DNA of 64,000 nt from Callorhinchus milii (taxonomy: Eukaryota), in assembly GCF_018977255.1 (NCBI RefSeq), contig NW_024704743.1, positions 95,730,001 through 95,794,000 of the forward strand, in the 5' to 3' direction. Below the pieces are notes generated by a model. It searched no databases, was not told the origin of the DNA, and saw only the letters and a list, made by a program, of their open reading frames with translations. The position numbers were made by a program, and so were the translations under genes. This document shows positions 51,809 to 64,000 of the stretch, piece after piece (positions within the stretch are counted from its first letter, which is position 1; the number at the start of each line of letters is the position of its first letter).

Positions 51809-53754
51809 TTTGATCAGAATTATGGGGCATTATCTTCAATACAGCATGTCAGTGCTTCACAGGATGTACTGTAAAGTGCATTGACTGTGTATTTTGTAGG
51901 CAAAAATGGCAGTCAATTTGCACAAAGCAATGTCTCAGAAATGGCCATTAAGTGAATAACTAGAAGATTGTTGGCCAGGGCATTAGGAGAAAATTTCTTC
52001 TCCATTTGAATAGTACCAGGCGATCTTTAATGTCCTCCTGAACAGGCAGACAGGCCCTCAGCTCAACCCTGAGAATGGCACTTCCAATATTAATTATATT
52101 TAATGTGAAAAATACCCCCCTTCCTACACCTCCTCTCTTTTAGTCTAACATTGATTCATTTTACCATTTCTTTTCCAATAAAAGCCTGAAATCTGTGTTG
52201 TCCATTTACCGCTACAGAACTGTTTGTGGAGATCACTAACAATTTTCTGCCAGCAAAGACTGATTTCGGAATGGCAGCCGTAGCTAGCTAGAATGACAAA
52301 AGGTTTCCTGAAAGCCTGCAGTGCAGGACTTTGACAGAATCAACCATTTCTAATTGGATTTAAATGCATATAAAAGAGCATTTTTGAAGTACTATTTTTC
52401 AATTTAAAAAAATCCTACATTGATGTTTCCAGTGTTTTTTTTGCACTTGAGCTAGCAGCAGCTAACTCTCTGACATCTGGTAACAATGCTTGTAATGATT
52501 TCTCCCAAACAATCAATCTATGGTGTGAATGGAAAATATCCACTTTGAAAGATGTTTTCAATGTGCAGATAAAATGCTAAAAAAAGAATGAGCACTGGGA
52601 AGGAAGCTAGTTATTGAATGAACCCCCCCCCACCCCCGTATTATATTAAATATAAATTGTTTGAAGCCTGGAATTTTCCTGTAAACACGCAGTTCTTAAC
52701 TTTTCTTTAATACAAATGTTGAGATTCACAGCCTCATTGTTATTTGAGGCTAAAGATCAAATCAAGTCTGTGATTGGGGTAGAATATGCTTTAAAGAGGA
52801 ATTTTTCCAAAGAAGCTCACACAGCAAAAATATTATTGTTACCAAATAGAATCAATGGATGAATGGAAAAACTAATCTCCTGTGTGTTTCAGGACCAAGT
52901 TCTGGGACTGTGGTTTCAGAAAAACACCAGTATATTACAAATGGTAACTACGATGAGATTGAGATCACTGGGATACAAGAAAAGGTTGTGGGAAAAGAGA
53001 GGGCAGACATGATTAAAGTGTTTTGAATCATGTGGAAAATTTATCATTAGATCAGCAAAAGACTTTTGTGAAAGGAGCAAATTTTGGATGCTGTAACTAT
53101 CAAATGATCTCTAGGTCTCTTGGCTAAACCTGTAAGCCCATGAAATACATTGTATTCATTCATAAATCGAATGAATGGAGAATGTGTAAATGTTAGAGGA
53201 ATATTGGATATCCAGATTAGTGGAATTACATAGGCTTGGAGTTAGGCTGAGATATGGCTAAAATATATGGAAAACCCAATCAGATTCAACCAGAACAATT
53301 TAGAGGAGTAAATGGCCCTTTTCCATCTGTTATTATCCTCTTGTCTTCCGTTCTTTAGCAAAATTCAAATGAATCTCTGTTGTCCTTAATTTATTGTTGT
53401 CAAACCCGTCATTGTCCAGTGCATTGGGAGGTCCTCCCAAAGTGATAGGCGTTAAATAAATGCAATTTATTGTTGTCTGGATCTGAATATCATTCTCAGG
53501 TAGTAATGGTACACAAAGTGCACAAAGATTTTTGGATATAAACCTATCGTGCCATCAATTCCTTAATATTTCCACTTTAGTGCCTGTCTTCAGGCAATGA
53601 TTTCGGAAGTCAGAACGAAAAAGAACAAAAAAGAAAAGACGTTCATTTTTATAGGATCTTAATACTGTACCTCAAGATATCTTGAAGCACTTCACAAATA
53701 ATTGTGAAGTGCAGTGACTATAGTCGTAAGTAAAAACAGCAGCCATTCCTCCAT

Positions 53755-54075
53755 AATAATCATAATAATAATATTAATAATCCTTGCATCTGATATAGCG
53801 CCTTACCACGTTTTCGTGGTGTCTCAAAGCGCTTCACTGAATATACTGTAAAGTGAATCGACCCTGTATTTCGTGAGTAAAACATTGCAGCCGCCAATTG
53901 CACACAGCAGTGTCCCACAAACAGTCATAGATTGAGTGACCAAATGTAATATTTTTTTTGAAGGTATTATTACCACTGGAAAAGTGATCCACCAATCAAT
54001 GAACAACCAGGTTCCTACTTACTGCTAGTTAAACAGAGGCATGTGGAGTAAGGAAACTTGACCAAAGTTTTGCAC
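53755..54075 (-). mobile_element. 5'-truncated long SINE
   Basis: Body and tail, head missing. Confidence 0.85.
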
Positions 54076-56309
54076 TAAGGAGCCATGAGGTGAATGAACA
54101 TTTTATCTGGAGGATTGTTAGCCTGAAATGCACTGGGAGAATTTTTTTCTTTTTGAATCATGTTACAGGATCTTTCACATCCACAAAAAATGACCTTTGT
54201 TGTTCTGACCACAAATACTGTAGTTAGTGTTCATCCACCATCCCAGTTTACCCACAAACAATAGTCACTGCACTTTACAGTAAAATCCTGAGAAGTGCTT
54301 TGAGACATACTCCCAACGTAAAAGTCACTGTATCAAATATAAATATTATGATTATATCTACCTTGACCTTGCAAGTCATCGCCTACTACTGAAAGTTAAA
54401 AATAAACAATATTAAGTTAAACTGATATCTTAAATTAAACATGTAACTGTTTGAAGAATTATCTTCCTATCTCATTAAATGCTATTATGATATTTTCTAC
54501 ACCCTGAGGCATTTCCTATATTAAATAGTCTAGGTGTTCCAACACCCAACCTTGCACGCATTTGAATGTTGAAAAGCATCTTGTTAAACTTCAAGGAAAT
54601 ATATAAAAGAAGTTTGTTATGAAAGGAACTGTAGACAGCCTGGTGCCATTGTGCATTGCTTTACCAAAGGCATACATCACAATGTGTTGAGCTGCTTGCT
54701 TCACGGAAGCCAATGACGTTAAACAAAGGTCCCGTCTGCCTGCTCAGGTGGACATTAAAGATCATATGGCACTGCTCAAAAGGTGAAAGGAGTTTCTCTC
54801 TTCTTGGCAAACAAACCCTTGATATAAAAAAAGCTGGTCATTCACTTCATGGGACATTGCTGTACACAAATTAGCTGCCGTGTTTGTCCTCAAATACACA
54901 GCACCACACTTTACAGAAAATCCTATGAAGTGCTTTGAGACATTTCAATGACTCGATGAAGCGCTATATCAAATGGAATGATTATTATTAATAGTAAGGA
55001 TTCCCATCCACTGAGTCCTTGATTTCTTCAATTGTGTCCAGGAATGTCACAGTGTACAGTTAAAACACTTCACCATGGCAGGAGTGGGTGGATTCCACAA
55101 TGAGTCACTTCTTGTGTGTTCCTCTCAGTTACACAACAGTGATATGAGTGCTTGGAAAAGTATGCTAAAAGGGGAGAAACTAATTTTAAAAAGGTGAGAT
55201 GTTAAATAAAAGATGAAAAAAACTGTAATATGAATAAAATGCAGCGGATTCTTTTTGCAAATGCTAAGTTGGAAATGGTAATAAGTGGTTCATATACAGT
55301 ACTCTAACTAGAATTACATTCAATGAGGCTGGCTATTGGTACTCTGTAATTAGTACTCTGTGATGCATATAATCATCATTTACTTAGAGGCCAATCCTAT
55401 CTAGCATTGCAATGTCCCATCTAACTCAGCTCTGACATGATATGGATCAAATATGACAAAAAAGCCCCACAAGACAGTGTTAGCAGACAGATCAACATGC
55501 ATTAGTCCAACTGAGCTACCATGTTATGACCAAATGAAGTGCATTAAGGTCGATTAAGGTTAGGTTGGCTCTTATTTATTTTCATTGTAACATGTAGTTG
55601 CTTATATAATAGAGATCAAAACCAAACCAATAATGATTTCACACTAATGTTGTTGAAAACCACAAACTCAAGAGGAACGGTTTCAAGTGCTCTTAGGTCC
55701 TGTTTTCAGTATAGTTTCCATTCTGTACGTGTCAAGCCTGTTTCCGTAGCTGATGGTTACAGAAACAGAAGGAAACTATCCAATATCCCAAGCAGCAGGA
55801 TCCTAATGTAAAATGTAGTTATGTATTTTCTTTGCATGCAAACAAACACCTTGGAATATATTGTATTGCAATTCCTAGTCAGCTGGAAAAATTCAGTGGT
55901 GAAAAAACACCTGGAACGAAACTAATTACAGAGTTTAGGTACTGTTGAAAATTACCACTAATGTCAGTTAGGACCAGACCTAACATATGTTTCCATTTTG
56001 CAAACTTGTATGTTGGTTGCCTCTTTTTTCTCTTGAAACACATGCTTGGGTTTTTGTGTGCCCAGGACTGTTCTTCCTTTCCAAGCCCAGAAGTGCTCCT
56101 ACTGAAACAGAAACAATTATCATTCCAAACAATGTTCCACAGTCTAGCTGTTTGATGGTGATATGCCTTCAGCAAAGTTGGCCCGCATTTCGTACATGTT
56201 ACAGTATATGTACATCACATAAGAACATGAAAATTTATCAGAGAAATCTATTGAATTCCTCTGAATGTGTGGTTTATTTTATACAAATAAAATATTTGTA
56301 CAAAATATA

Positions 56310-57060
56310 CAAACTCCAGGACCACTGCTGTCTTGACAGAATGTCTGTCAGACATCAAGTCCTGGATGAGAGCTAACTTTCTACGTTGAATGTCAACAAG
56401 ACTGAAGCCCTCCCGATTGGTTCTCGTCAGCACTTCCACACCTCAGGCACTGACAATATCACCATCCAAGGACGCACACTTCACCTCACTGAGCAGGTCC
56501 AGAACCTTTGCGTTTTGTTTGAGCTCTCAACTGTCCTTTCTACCCATATATGTACCATGACACACTCTGCCTTCCCCCATCTCTGCAATATCGCCTGCCT
56601 CCGCCACTGTTTCACCCCTCATGCCGCCGAAACCCTCATCCATGCATTCATCACATCTAGGCTTGACTACGTCAACTCCTTGCGTGTCGGCCTCCCCAAC
56701 TCTTCCCTCCATAAGCTGCAGATCATCCAGAACTCTGCAGCTCATTTCCTATCCTGCACTAGGCTCTGTGAACCCATCACCTCAACCCTCTCCCGGCTCT
56801 ACTGGCTCCCCATTCCCCAGAGGATAGAGTTAAAAACCCTTGTCCTCGCCTTCAAAGCCCTGCATGGCCTTGCCTCTGCAATCTGCTGACTCCGTATCAA
56901 CCTGTCCACTCCCTCTGCTCAGCGGGCTCTGGCTTGCTCCAAGTCCCCCACCCACCCCGCTCCACCATCGACGCCCGGTCCTTCAGCCTTTCTGCCCTCA
57001 CTCTATGGGACTCCATTCCACATTCCCTTTGCCTCACTCCTTCCCTTGCTTCCTTCAAGG
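56310..57060 (+). mobile_element. L2 ORF2 C-terminal fragment
   Basis: NVNKTEAL, SRLDYVNSL, LQIIQNSAA, LYWLPIPQRI. Confidence 0.9.
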
Positions 57061-57474
57061 CATAATATAATTTGTAAAATATATAGGGCTTCTCTAATCA
57101 TAGTTATAAAGACGAACTGTGATACTCTATATTTGAGTGTTATAGTGGGCACTATTGTGTTATATGGTATTATTCTAGCCCCATTTACAATAGCATAATA
57201 AAAATAATAATCCTTCCATTTGGTACAGCACCTTTCACATCAGGAGGACAGCTCAACGCAATTCCCATAAAGTATTGGCTGTGTATTTTATAGGTGAACG
57301 TGACAGTTTTTTGTGGAGGGCACTTGTTTTTAGTGGAGGGTATTGTTTATAGCGGAAGCCATCTGTTTTAGCGAGTTTCACAGAAAAATTGCAGCTACGA
57401 TTTTTTATTAGCCCAGGATATCAGTAACGATTAGACCAGCTAGCCCTCTGCATTTTGAGAGAAGATGATTCACA

Positions 57475-57780
57475 AATTTGTAAAGCTTTATAACATTTTT
57501 AATGGAATTGAAAAAATAAACCCAAAACTATAGTTAAGGATGCACCAAAACAGTAGAACAAGAAGTCACAAGTTTAAAGTTGCAAAGGGCAATTTCAGGA
57601 AAGGCACCAGAAGATTTTCTTTATTCAGAGTGTAAGTAATAACTGGAACAGGTTGCCAGGAAGGTGATTGAGACCAGGACACGGAATTCATTTAAAAAGA
57701 GCTTGATGCTATGTTGGGAAGCCAATATGGAGGGATGAGATTAGATGTGCTGAAGGGCTTTATTCATTGAAATTTATTAC
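57475..57780 (+). mobile_element. Old CR1 3' fragment; related copy at ~60320..60550
   Basis: FFLFRV..WNRLP-like segment shared by both. Confidence 0.65.
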
Positions 57781-58095
57781 ATCTCTAATCTGTCATCTTG
57801 TGAAAAGATCACACATTTTATTCACTTTTGTTTTCCTTATTTTGAAGGTATGGCCCTTGTTTCTGAGATAGATGTTAATTTGATCCTATCTACCTAAATT
57901 AAAGAAGCAAGTTTCTCCTGTTATTCTGGCCAACAAACACCCAAATAAAATTGGTCATTTCTTTCATGGCTGTTCATGGGATATTGCCATGAGCAATTGG
58001 GCTGATGCGTTCGCCAACAATACGCAGTAACTCCACTTCACAGTGAATCCTGTAAGCTCTTTGAGACATCCTCCCAACACGAAAAGCACTATATC

Positions 58096-59195
58096 AACAA
58101 CAACAACAAAATTACATTTATAGAGTGCCTTTCACGTCGGGAGGACCTGCCAAGGTGCTGGACAGTTAGGGGTGAGGACCTGAGCATGGGGGAGGGGTGG
58201 GGGAGGGGTGAGGGAAGGCAGAGAGATGGGAAGGCGACCGAAGGTACGATCGAAGAGGAGGGTCTTGATACCGGTCTTGAAGCAGGCAAGGGAGCAAGCA
58301 AGGTGAAGGGACTATGAGATGGAGTTCCAGAGTTTGGAGCAGAGAGGCTGAAAGCTCGGTCACCGATGGTAGGGCGGGTCGGGTGGGAGACATGGAGCAG
58401 GCTGGAGCCCGCTGAACGGAGGGAGCGGGCAGGTTGGTAGAGAGTTAGCAGGTCAGAGAGGTAGGAGGGGGCAAGGCCATGGATTCTTTTCGACCGCGCC
58501 TTTGGTCATCTTCCCCCCCCCTCCCCCTGGCTCGGTCCCGGGATCCGAAAATGCAAAGCACTCTGAGACACCGTCCAGCGTGGAGGGCGCTATGTAAATC
58601 CATGTTGCTGTTGTTGTTGTTGGATGGCCTTGAAAGTGAGGACGAGGATCTTGAATTCGATCCTCTGGGGGATGGGGAGCCAGTGGAGTCGAGCGAGGGT
58701 GGGAGTGATGGGTCACGGAGCCTGGTGCGTGAGAGTACACGAGCTGCAGAGTTTTGGATGATCTGCAGCTTGTGAAGGGAAGAGTTGGGAAAGTCGTTGA
58801 GGAGGGAGTTTCCATGACCGAGCCTTGATATGATGAATGTGTCGGTGAGGGGTTTCAGCAGCCTGAGGGGTGAGGCAGTGGCGGAGTCTGGCAATGTTGC
58901 GGAGGTGGTGGTAGGCAATGCCGGTTATGGCGTGGATGTGGGGGAGAAAGGATAGTTCAGGGTCAAACAAGACACCCAGGTTCCTGACTGGCTTAGTGAG
59001 GTTGAGTGTGCAGCAATGGATGCTGATGCTGCCAGCCCCGAGGTGAAGAGGCGCTGGCACGAGCCAACCATGAGGGCCTCGGTCTTGCTGACTTTCAGTT
59101 GGAAAAAGTTGTCCCTCGTCCAGGACTTGATATTGGACAGGCAGCCGGTCAGGACACCAGTAGTCCTGGAATTGAGGGTGGAGGTAGAGAGATAG
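58096..59195 (-). mobile_element. L2 3' fragment with a nested opposite-strand L2-type tail (58485..58620)
   Basis: PVRNLGVLFDPELSF, HHLRNIARLR; insert flanked by tggat duplication. Confidence 0.9.
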
Positions 59196-59276
59196 AATGC
59201 AAAAAATATTACTATTTGTTATCGTAGTCAAATTTGATTGATTTGGGTTCTTGGTTCCTTGAACAAGTCCGAGCGT

Positions 59277-59628
59277 GGGGTACTGTAGCGTATTGATTAG
59301 AGCACTCACCTTGCAAGTGAGATATCCGGATTCGATTCCTGAGCAGGACGAAACCTTAGGCAAATTTCCTTATTCTTCCTCTGTTCCTCACCTCTGTTTA
59401 CCTGGCAGTGAGTAGGAACCCAGTTGTTAAAGCGATTGGCTTTAAAACAATAATAAATTGGTCACTCAGTCCACGACTGTTTGTGAGACACTTCTGTGCG
59501 CAATTGGCTGTTGCGTGTCGCCCACAAAATATACAGTCAATTCACTTTACAGTATATTCTGTGAAGCACTTTGAGATGTGTCAACAACATGGTAAGTCAC
59601 TCTATCAAATGCACAAATTATTATTATT
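59277..59628 (+). mobile_element. tRNA-derived SINE, long subfamily, GTATT head variant
   Basis: Full length. Confidence 0.88.
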
Positions 59629-60553
59629 AACAACCTAAATATCCAACATTGACTATACAAACCACTTAGTGGTCAAACTATTAAATAAGTTCAAGAATGC
59701 AATGATTATTCTTCCCCCTATTTATGGGGTTTTAGTTGCTTGAAAAGAAAGTTTATTTTCCTTTTGACTCAATAAAGAACAGTAAGGTATGAATTCCATA
59801 GGAAATTCATCAGCCAACGCAAATAAATAATACAAACAACACAAATACCATCATCACAGACACACATACTTGTTAACTGTATCATCTCCTCAATAGACTC
59901 TTAGGAATTATGTTTCTTCCAGTTATTTTCCCCATGTTGCTTATAACTTAGTGATATTACCTTGGCAGAGTCAATCTTTATTGAAGAGTTTGTGTTTAAA
60001 GAGAGTGACACACTTTTTCCACTATTTTTCTCATCCAATATATTTTTCCTAGATGAATTTAGTTAAATCTGGATGAGTTCAAATTATTAAGATAGGACCA
60101 AAGGAGTACTGTTTGTCAGTTCAGCAGCTAGCTGGAGATTTGCCATCACTTTCAGAATATGGACCTCCTGCTCCAGAGCTTTATTTTCAAATGCAGAATT
60201 GCTATTTAATGGAAATGATCAGCTGTGGTACAGTTCACCTGAAACCTTAAAGTGAGGATTGAAATTAATTCCAATTGATGGATTAGTAGGTTTACACAGC
60301 TTAGCTTCTTGGGTCAGCACCCAGAAAGGTTCAAAAAGGCAGGAAGAGACAAAAATATAATATTTGATGATAAATTGAACAGAACAAGTCAAAATTTGTT
60401 TAGAGTTGCAAAGGACAATTCTAGGACAGACACAAGGAAGGTAATTAATAACTGGAACAGATTTTTAAGGCTAGGACACCAAAATTGTTTAAAAATCAGC
60501 TTGATGCTGTGATGGGGGCATGGTAAGGTGGATGTTCTTGTAGGATGAGATAA

Positions 60554-60856
60554 AATAATAATAATCCTTGCATTTGATATAGCACTTTTCACGTCTTCTA
60601 GATTTCTCAAAGCGCTTCACAGAACATACTGTAAAGTGAATTTACTGTATATTTGTGGGCGAAACTTAGCAGCCAATTGCGCGCAGCACTGTTCCACAAA
60701 CAGACGTGGATTGAAGTGACCAATTTTTTTTTCTTGAGGGATTATTATCAGGCGTGTGGAGTAAGAAAACTTGCCCAAGGTTTTGCCCTGCCGGGAATCG
60801 AACCGAGGTCTCTCACTTGCGAAGTGGGTGCTTGAACCACTGAGCTACAGGATTCC
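60554..60856 (-). mobile_element. tRNA-derived SINE, short subfamily
   Basis: Full length. Confidence 0.9.
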
Positions 60857-62769
60857 ACAAAATGGGGTGAAAGGCCTGTTTCATACAAATTAATCTTGTG
60901 ATTTGGGGGAGTTAATGGGAAAACAAACATCAACTGTATGCCCGTGGATATGTTTCATGACCAATGCAGAGGGTATTATGTAAACAGCAACAACAACTTG
61001 AATTGATATAACGCCCTTCACAGATGTCCAGAACCATCCTCTGAGAAGAAAGCATAGACAATCATTAATTTCTGGCCCTCAATCTTTAGGACAAATGGAA
61101 GGTGTAGTGTGGCTGAACCAGATACCCTAAACATCATCCTGTTCTTTTCATCTTACCTTGTCAGAGCCTTCAGCTCCTTGGATGTGATCCGCATGAAAAC
61201 GTGTAGCCACTGCATAATTCACCTGGTGCATGACTTCTAACCATTCATTCCTCCTTCATCTGCACTGGACAAGGGTACACTGGCTCCCAAAAAAGATGTT
61301 TTCTGCAGATCATGGTACAATAAGCAGGAATCTCAGCTTCCTCCCCCTCTGTCACATGCTGCTCTGCTCTCCATGAGGTTTGTGCATCCATTTCCTATTC
61401 AAAGTGGTGTTTAGATATGGCCTCTGTAGCATTTATCACCTCATCGGATCAGGGTCAGGTCCTCCACTTGCTGGTGACCCCTGTCATTTTTTGGACCCTT
61501 GCCAGAGACTAACACTAAAAACCAAAATATTTTACAGAAACATCCAGATCTTTTTACTTAAAGATAGACTAAAATAATTTCCATAGCTAATGGAATGTTG
61601 ACCCCTGTGAGAAGCCCTTTCTTAATAATAACCCTTACATTTGATACAGTGCCTTATCATGTTGTCAAGATGTCTCAAAGCACTTCACAGGATATATTGT
61701 AAAGTGGATTGACTATGTATTTTGTGGGCGAAACGTGGCAGTCATTTGTACTCAGTGAGCCTGCATCAAAGAACGGCATCTCCAACAATGTAGCCCTCCC
61801 CCAAAACTGCATTGGCTTGTCAGCTTTAACTGCGAGTTCAAATGTAGGAATAGAGGGGAATATATCTAAATATGCTGAAGACACAGAGTTGTGAGGCATT
61901 GTAAACTATGAAAAAACCTATAGAAAATTTCAAAGGAACATAGATAGATTAAGAGAATGGTCAGAATTCTGACAGAAGAGGTTTTCCACTGTAATGTATA
62001 ATACCTTACGTTTTAAATCAGTGGAAATACAGAGAAAACATGTCTGTTTTATTTTATGGTCTTAAACGGACACGTTGATAATAAAGAAACAGAAGTCACA
62101 GTTTCAGGATACTATTTTTCCTGTCAACTCCATATATTGAAAAAAAAACACGCTGGTAACGTGGTAACAAAATGACTAACTACTTAAATTCTGACATACT
62201 TTAATAGTTTAGAAATTGTGCGTAATTCAGATTGATAAAGTGCCATGGTGAAAGGTGTCAGCCTCTTCCAGAGCCACCTGACTGGCAGTTAAAACGGAAA
62301 CATATTACAACTTGAGTCTTGCTCAGAGTGAGTGGGTTGAGACATGTTTCTGTGTTCTGACATCTAGCCCAGTGGGACGATTAATGTAGTCAACAACCTA
62401 CTACATGGCAGGCAAAGTGGAAACTGGTGACCTGACCTTGGGAACAAGCCAGAAGCTTGTTCCGACAAAATTTAGCTGCTGGGGTACTTGAGAATAATAG
62501 GATCTTTTTATTAGTTTACTGGTTAATGGTGGTTTTGTTCTCTACGTTGGTCAGGCCCAATTATAAACCATCCATCTGCAATCAATAACTTACATAAGAG
62601 TAAACATACACAACAGTTTACTGCTTGCTTCCTCTATGCTTCCATTTGTCGTGAATGTTTCAAACATGTCAAATATCATGGTTTGATTATTTTTAAAATT
62701 TTCATTTATGTCATTTTTTAATTTTTAATAATTTTTGTGTGTCTTAATATTTTTCTGCCCATTGACACA

Positions 62770-63035
62770 CACCTCTCTGCCCCTGGTCTGGCCTCCTCTT
62801 ACTGGGGTAGCCCTCTGGCATGTTGCCCAAGTGGCTATTGTTCATGTGTGAGCCTCTGGCAGTGAGTCTCGGCAAGTCACTCGACGGTAGAGGGCGTCAC
62901 AGCCAAGCCGGACCTCACCCCACCTGGCTATCATTCTTCAGCTCCATGTAAATCTGCTGAGACTAGCAAACCCAACGGATTCAACCAGTAATCCCCTGGT
63001 CCACAAGTTTCAATTCTATCCACTACACCACAATC
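62770..63035 (-). mobile_element. Ancient tRNA-headed SINE (AmnSINE2-like from recall); remnant at ~17625..17695
   Basis: Minus strand tggtgtagtggatag...ggttgaatcc head; gaggg.gtcacagccaagcc shared with ~17660. Confidence 0.45.
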
Positions 63036-63269
63036 ATTATTTTCCTGTCCCTTTCCCCACTTCCCTCCCCCTACCCTATTGACCCTGTAGAAAATCTCCA
63101 GCCAAAATATCTGAATGAATTTCTGCTCCCTCCTAAGATCAGAAATGTGGATTCCTGCACTTTGCCCTTGAATACCTTCCTAAATCAATGTTGTTAATTA
63201 ACTGCCATTCCCTTTCCATTGTGCTGTGCTCTATGGTGAAACCTCAACAACTTTCATTAATGTAGCATC

Positions 63270-63860
63270 TTTCTCACTAGAGGAACATAATGAAGAGCTT
63301 CACGATGACTGAGCAGCAAGGGAAGGAGCAGGAAGATTGAGAGTGCTCATCAAACACACGGTCAAAGACACAAGTTTCTAAAAAGCCTTTGAAGGCATGG
63401 AGAGAAGTCACAAAGTGAAAGAATTTAAGGAAAGAATTCCAGAGGCGTTTGGCCACTGATGACGTGACAGATGAAATGTTGTTATATATAAGTAATATAA
63501 CAGAGTTGAAAGAGCAAAAGGTACAGACAGGAGCATGTGGCAGGTGGAGATTGCAGAGGTATGGTAGAGCTACATTGTGAAGAGGTGTGATGCCTAGTAT
63601 GAAGATCTCGAAGTGTCCTGAGGAATACTGGAAGCAAATAGAGCCCAACGAGGATGGGGGTAATGGTGTACTGAGCCCGGGACAGGAGAGGATACAGGCT
63701 GCAGAGTATTTTATGAGTTGGAGATTATAAAAGGTGGGTGGAGCTAGGGAGGACAGTAAGGAGAACACCGGAGAAATGTAGTCTCAAAGTGACAAAAGTA
63801 TGGATGATTGTATTGATTGTATTAGCGATGAGATAGGAACATAAACAGCTGAATTCAAAC
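63270..63860 (-). mobile_element. Old L2 fragment
   Basis: LQLIKYSAA, RLWNSF, FKGFLET resemble the L2 C-terminus. Confidence 0.7.
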
Positions 63861-64000
63861 TCAAATCATACCCAAAGCTGCACCTCCTATTGTAGCCGTG
63901 CTGGTGCTTGACTCTGGTTGTGAGGATGGTGAAGGTGCTCGCACTGGTGTTTGCTTTGGAAAAAGAATACCTGTGGCCCCATTTGATGTGCTTGGGCTCT

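Overview
Vertebrate nuclear DNA, most likely a cartilaginous fish. The repeat repertoire (abundant L2 and CR1 LINEs plus Deu-domain-type tRNA SINEs) suggests a chimaera or shark; this is inference. The window holds two intact + strand genes. ATP6V1C1 (V-ATPase V1 subunit C1) has 12 coding exons over 323..19062, 382 aa, all introns GT-AG. PDP1 (pyruvate dehydrogenase phosphatase 1) has a single coding exon, 28213..29844, 543 aa. Between them lies a CpG-rich, CCAAT/CRE-bearing putative PDP1 promoter interrupted by three tandem-repeat arrays and preceded by a decayed ~127-bp copy of the PDP1 C-terminal coding sequence. The last ~34 kb contain no recognisable intact gene, mainly SINEs, LINE fragments, a TA-flanked MITE-like element and a possible decayed Myb/SANT (Harbinger/NAIF1-like) remnant. 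I found no convincing new multi-gene system. The most notable signals are the PDP1 relic, a young inverted L2 pair in the last ATP6V1C1 intron, and a LINE/SINE shared 3' hairpin with compensatory base changes. Repeat boundaries are approximate and family names come from recall, not database searches.
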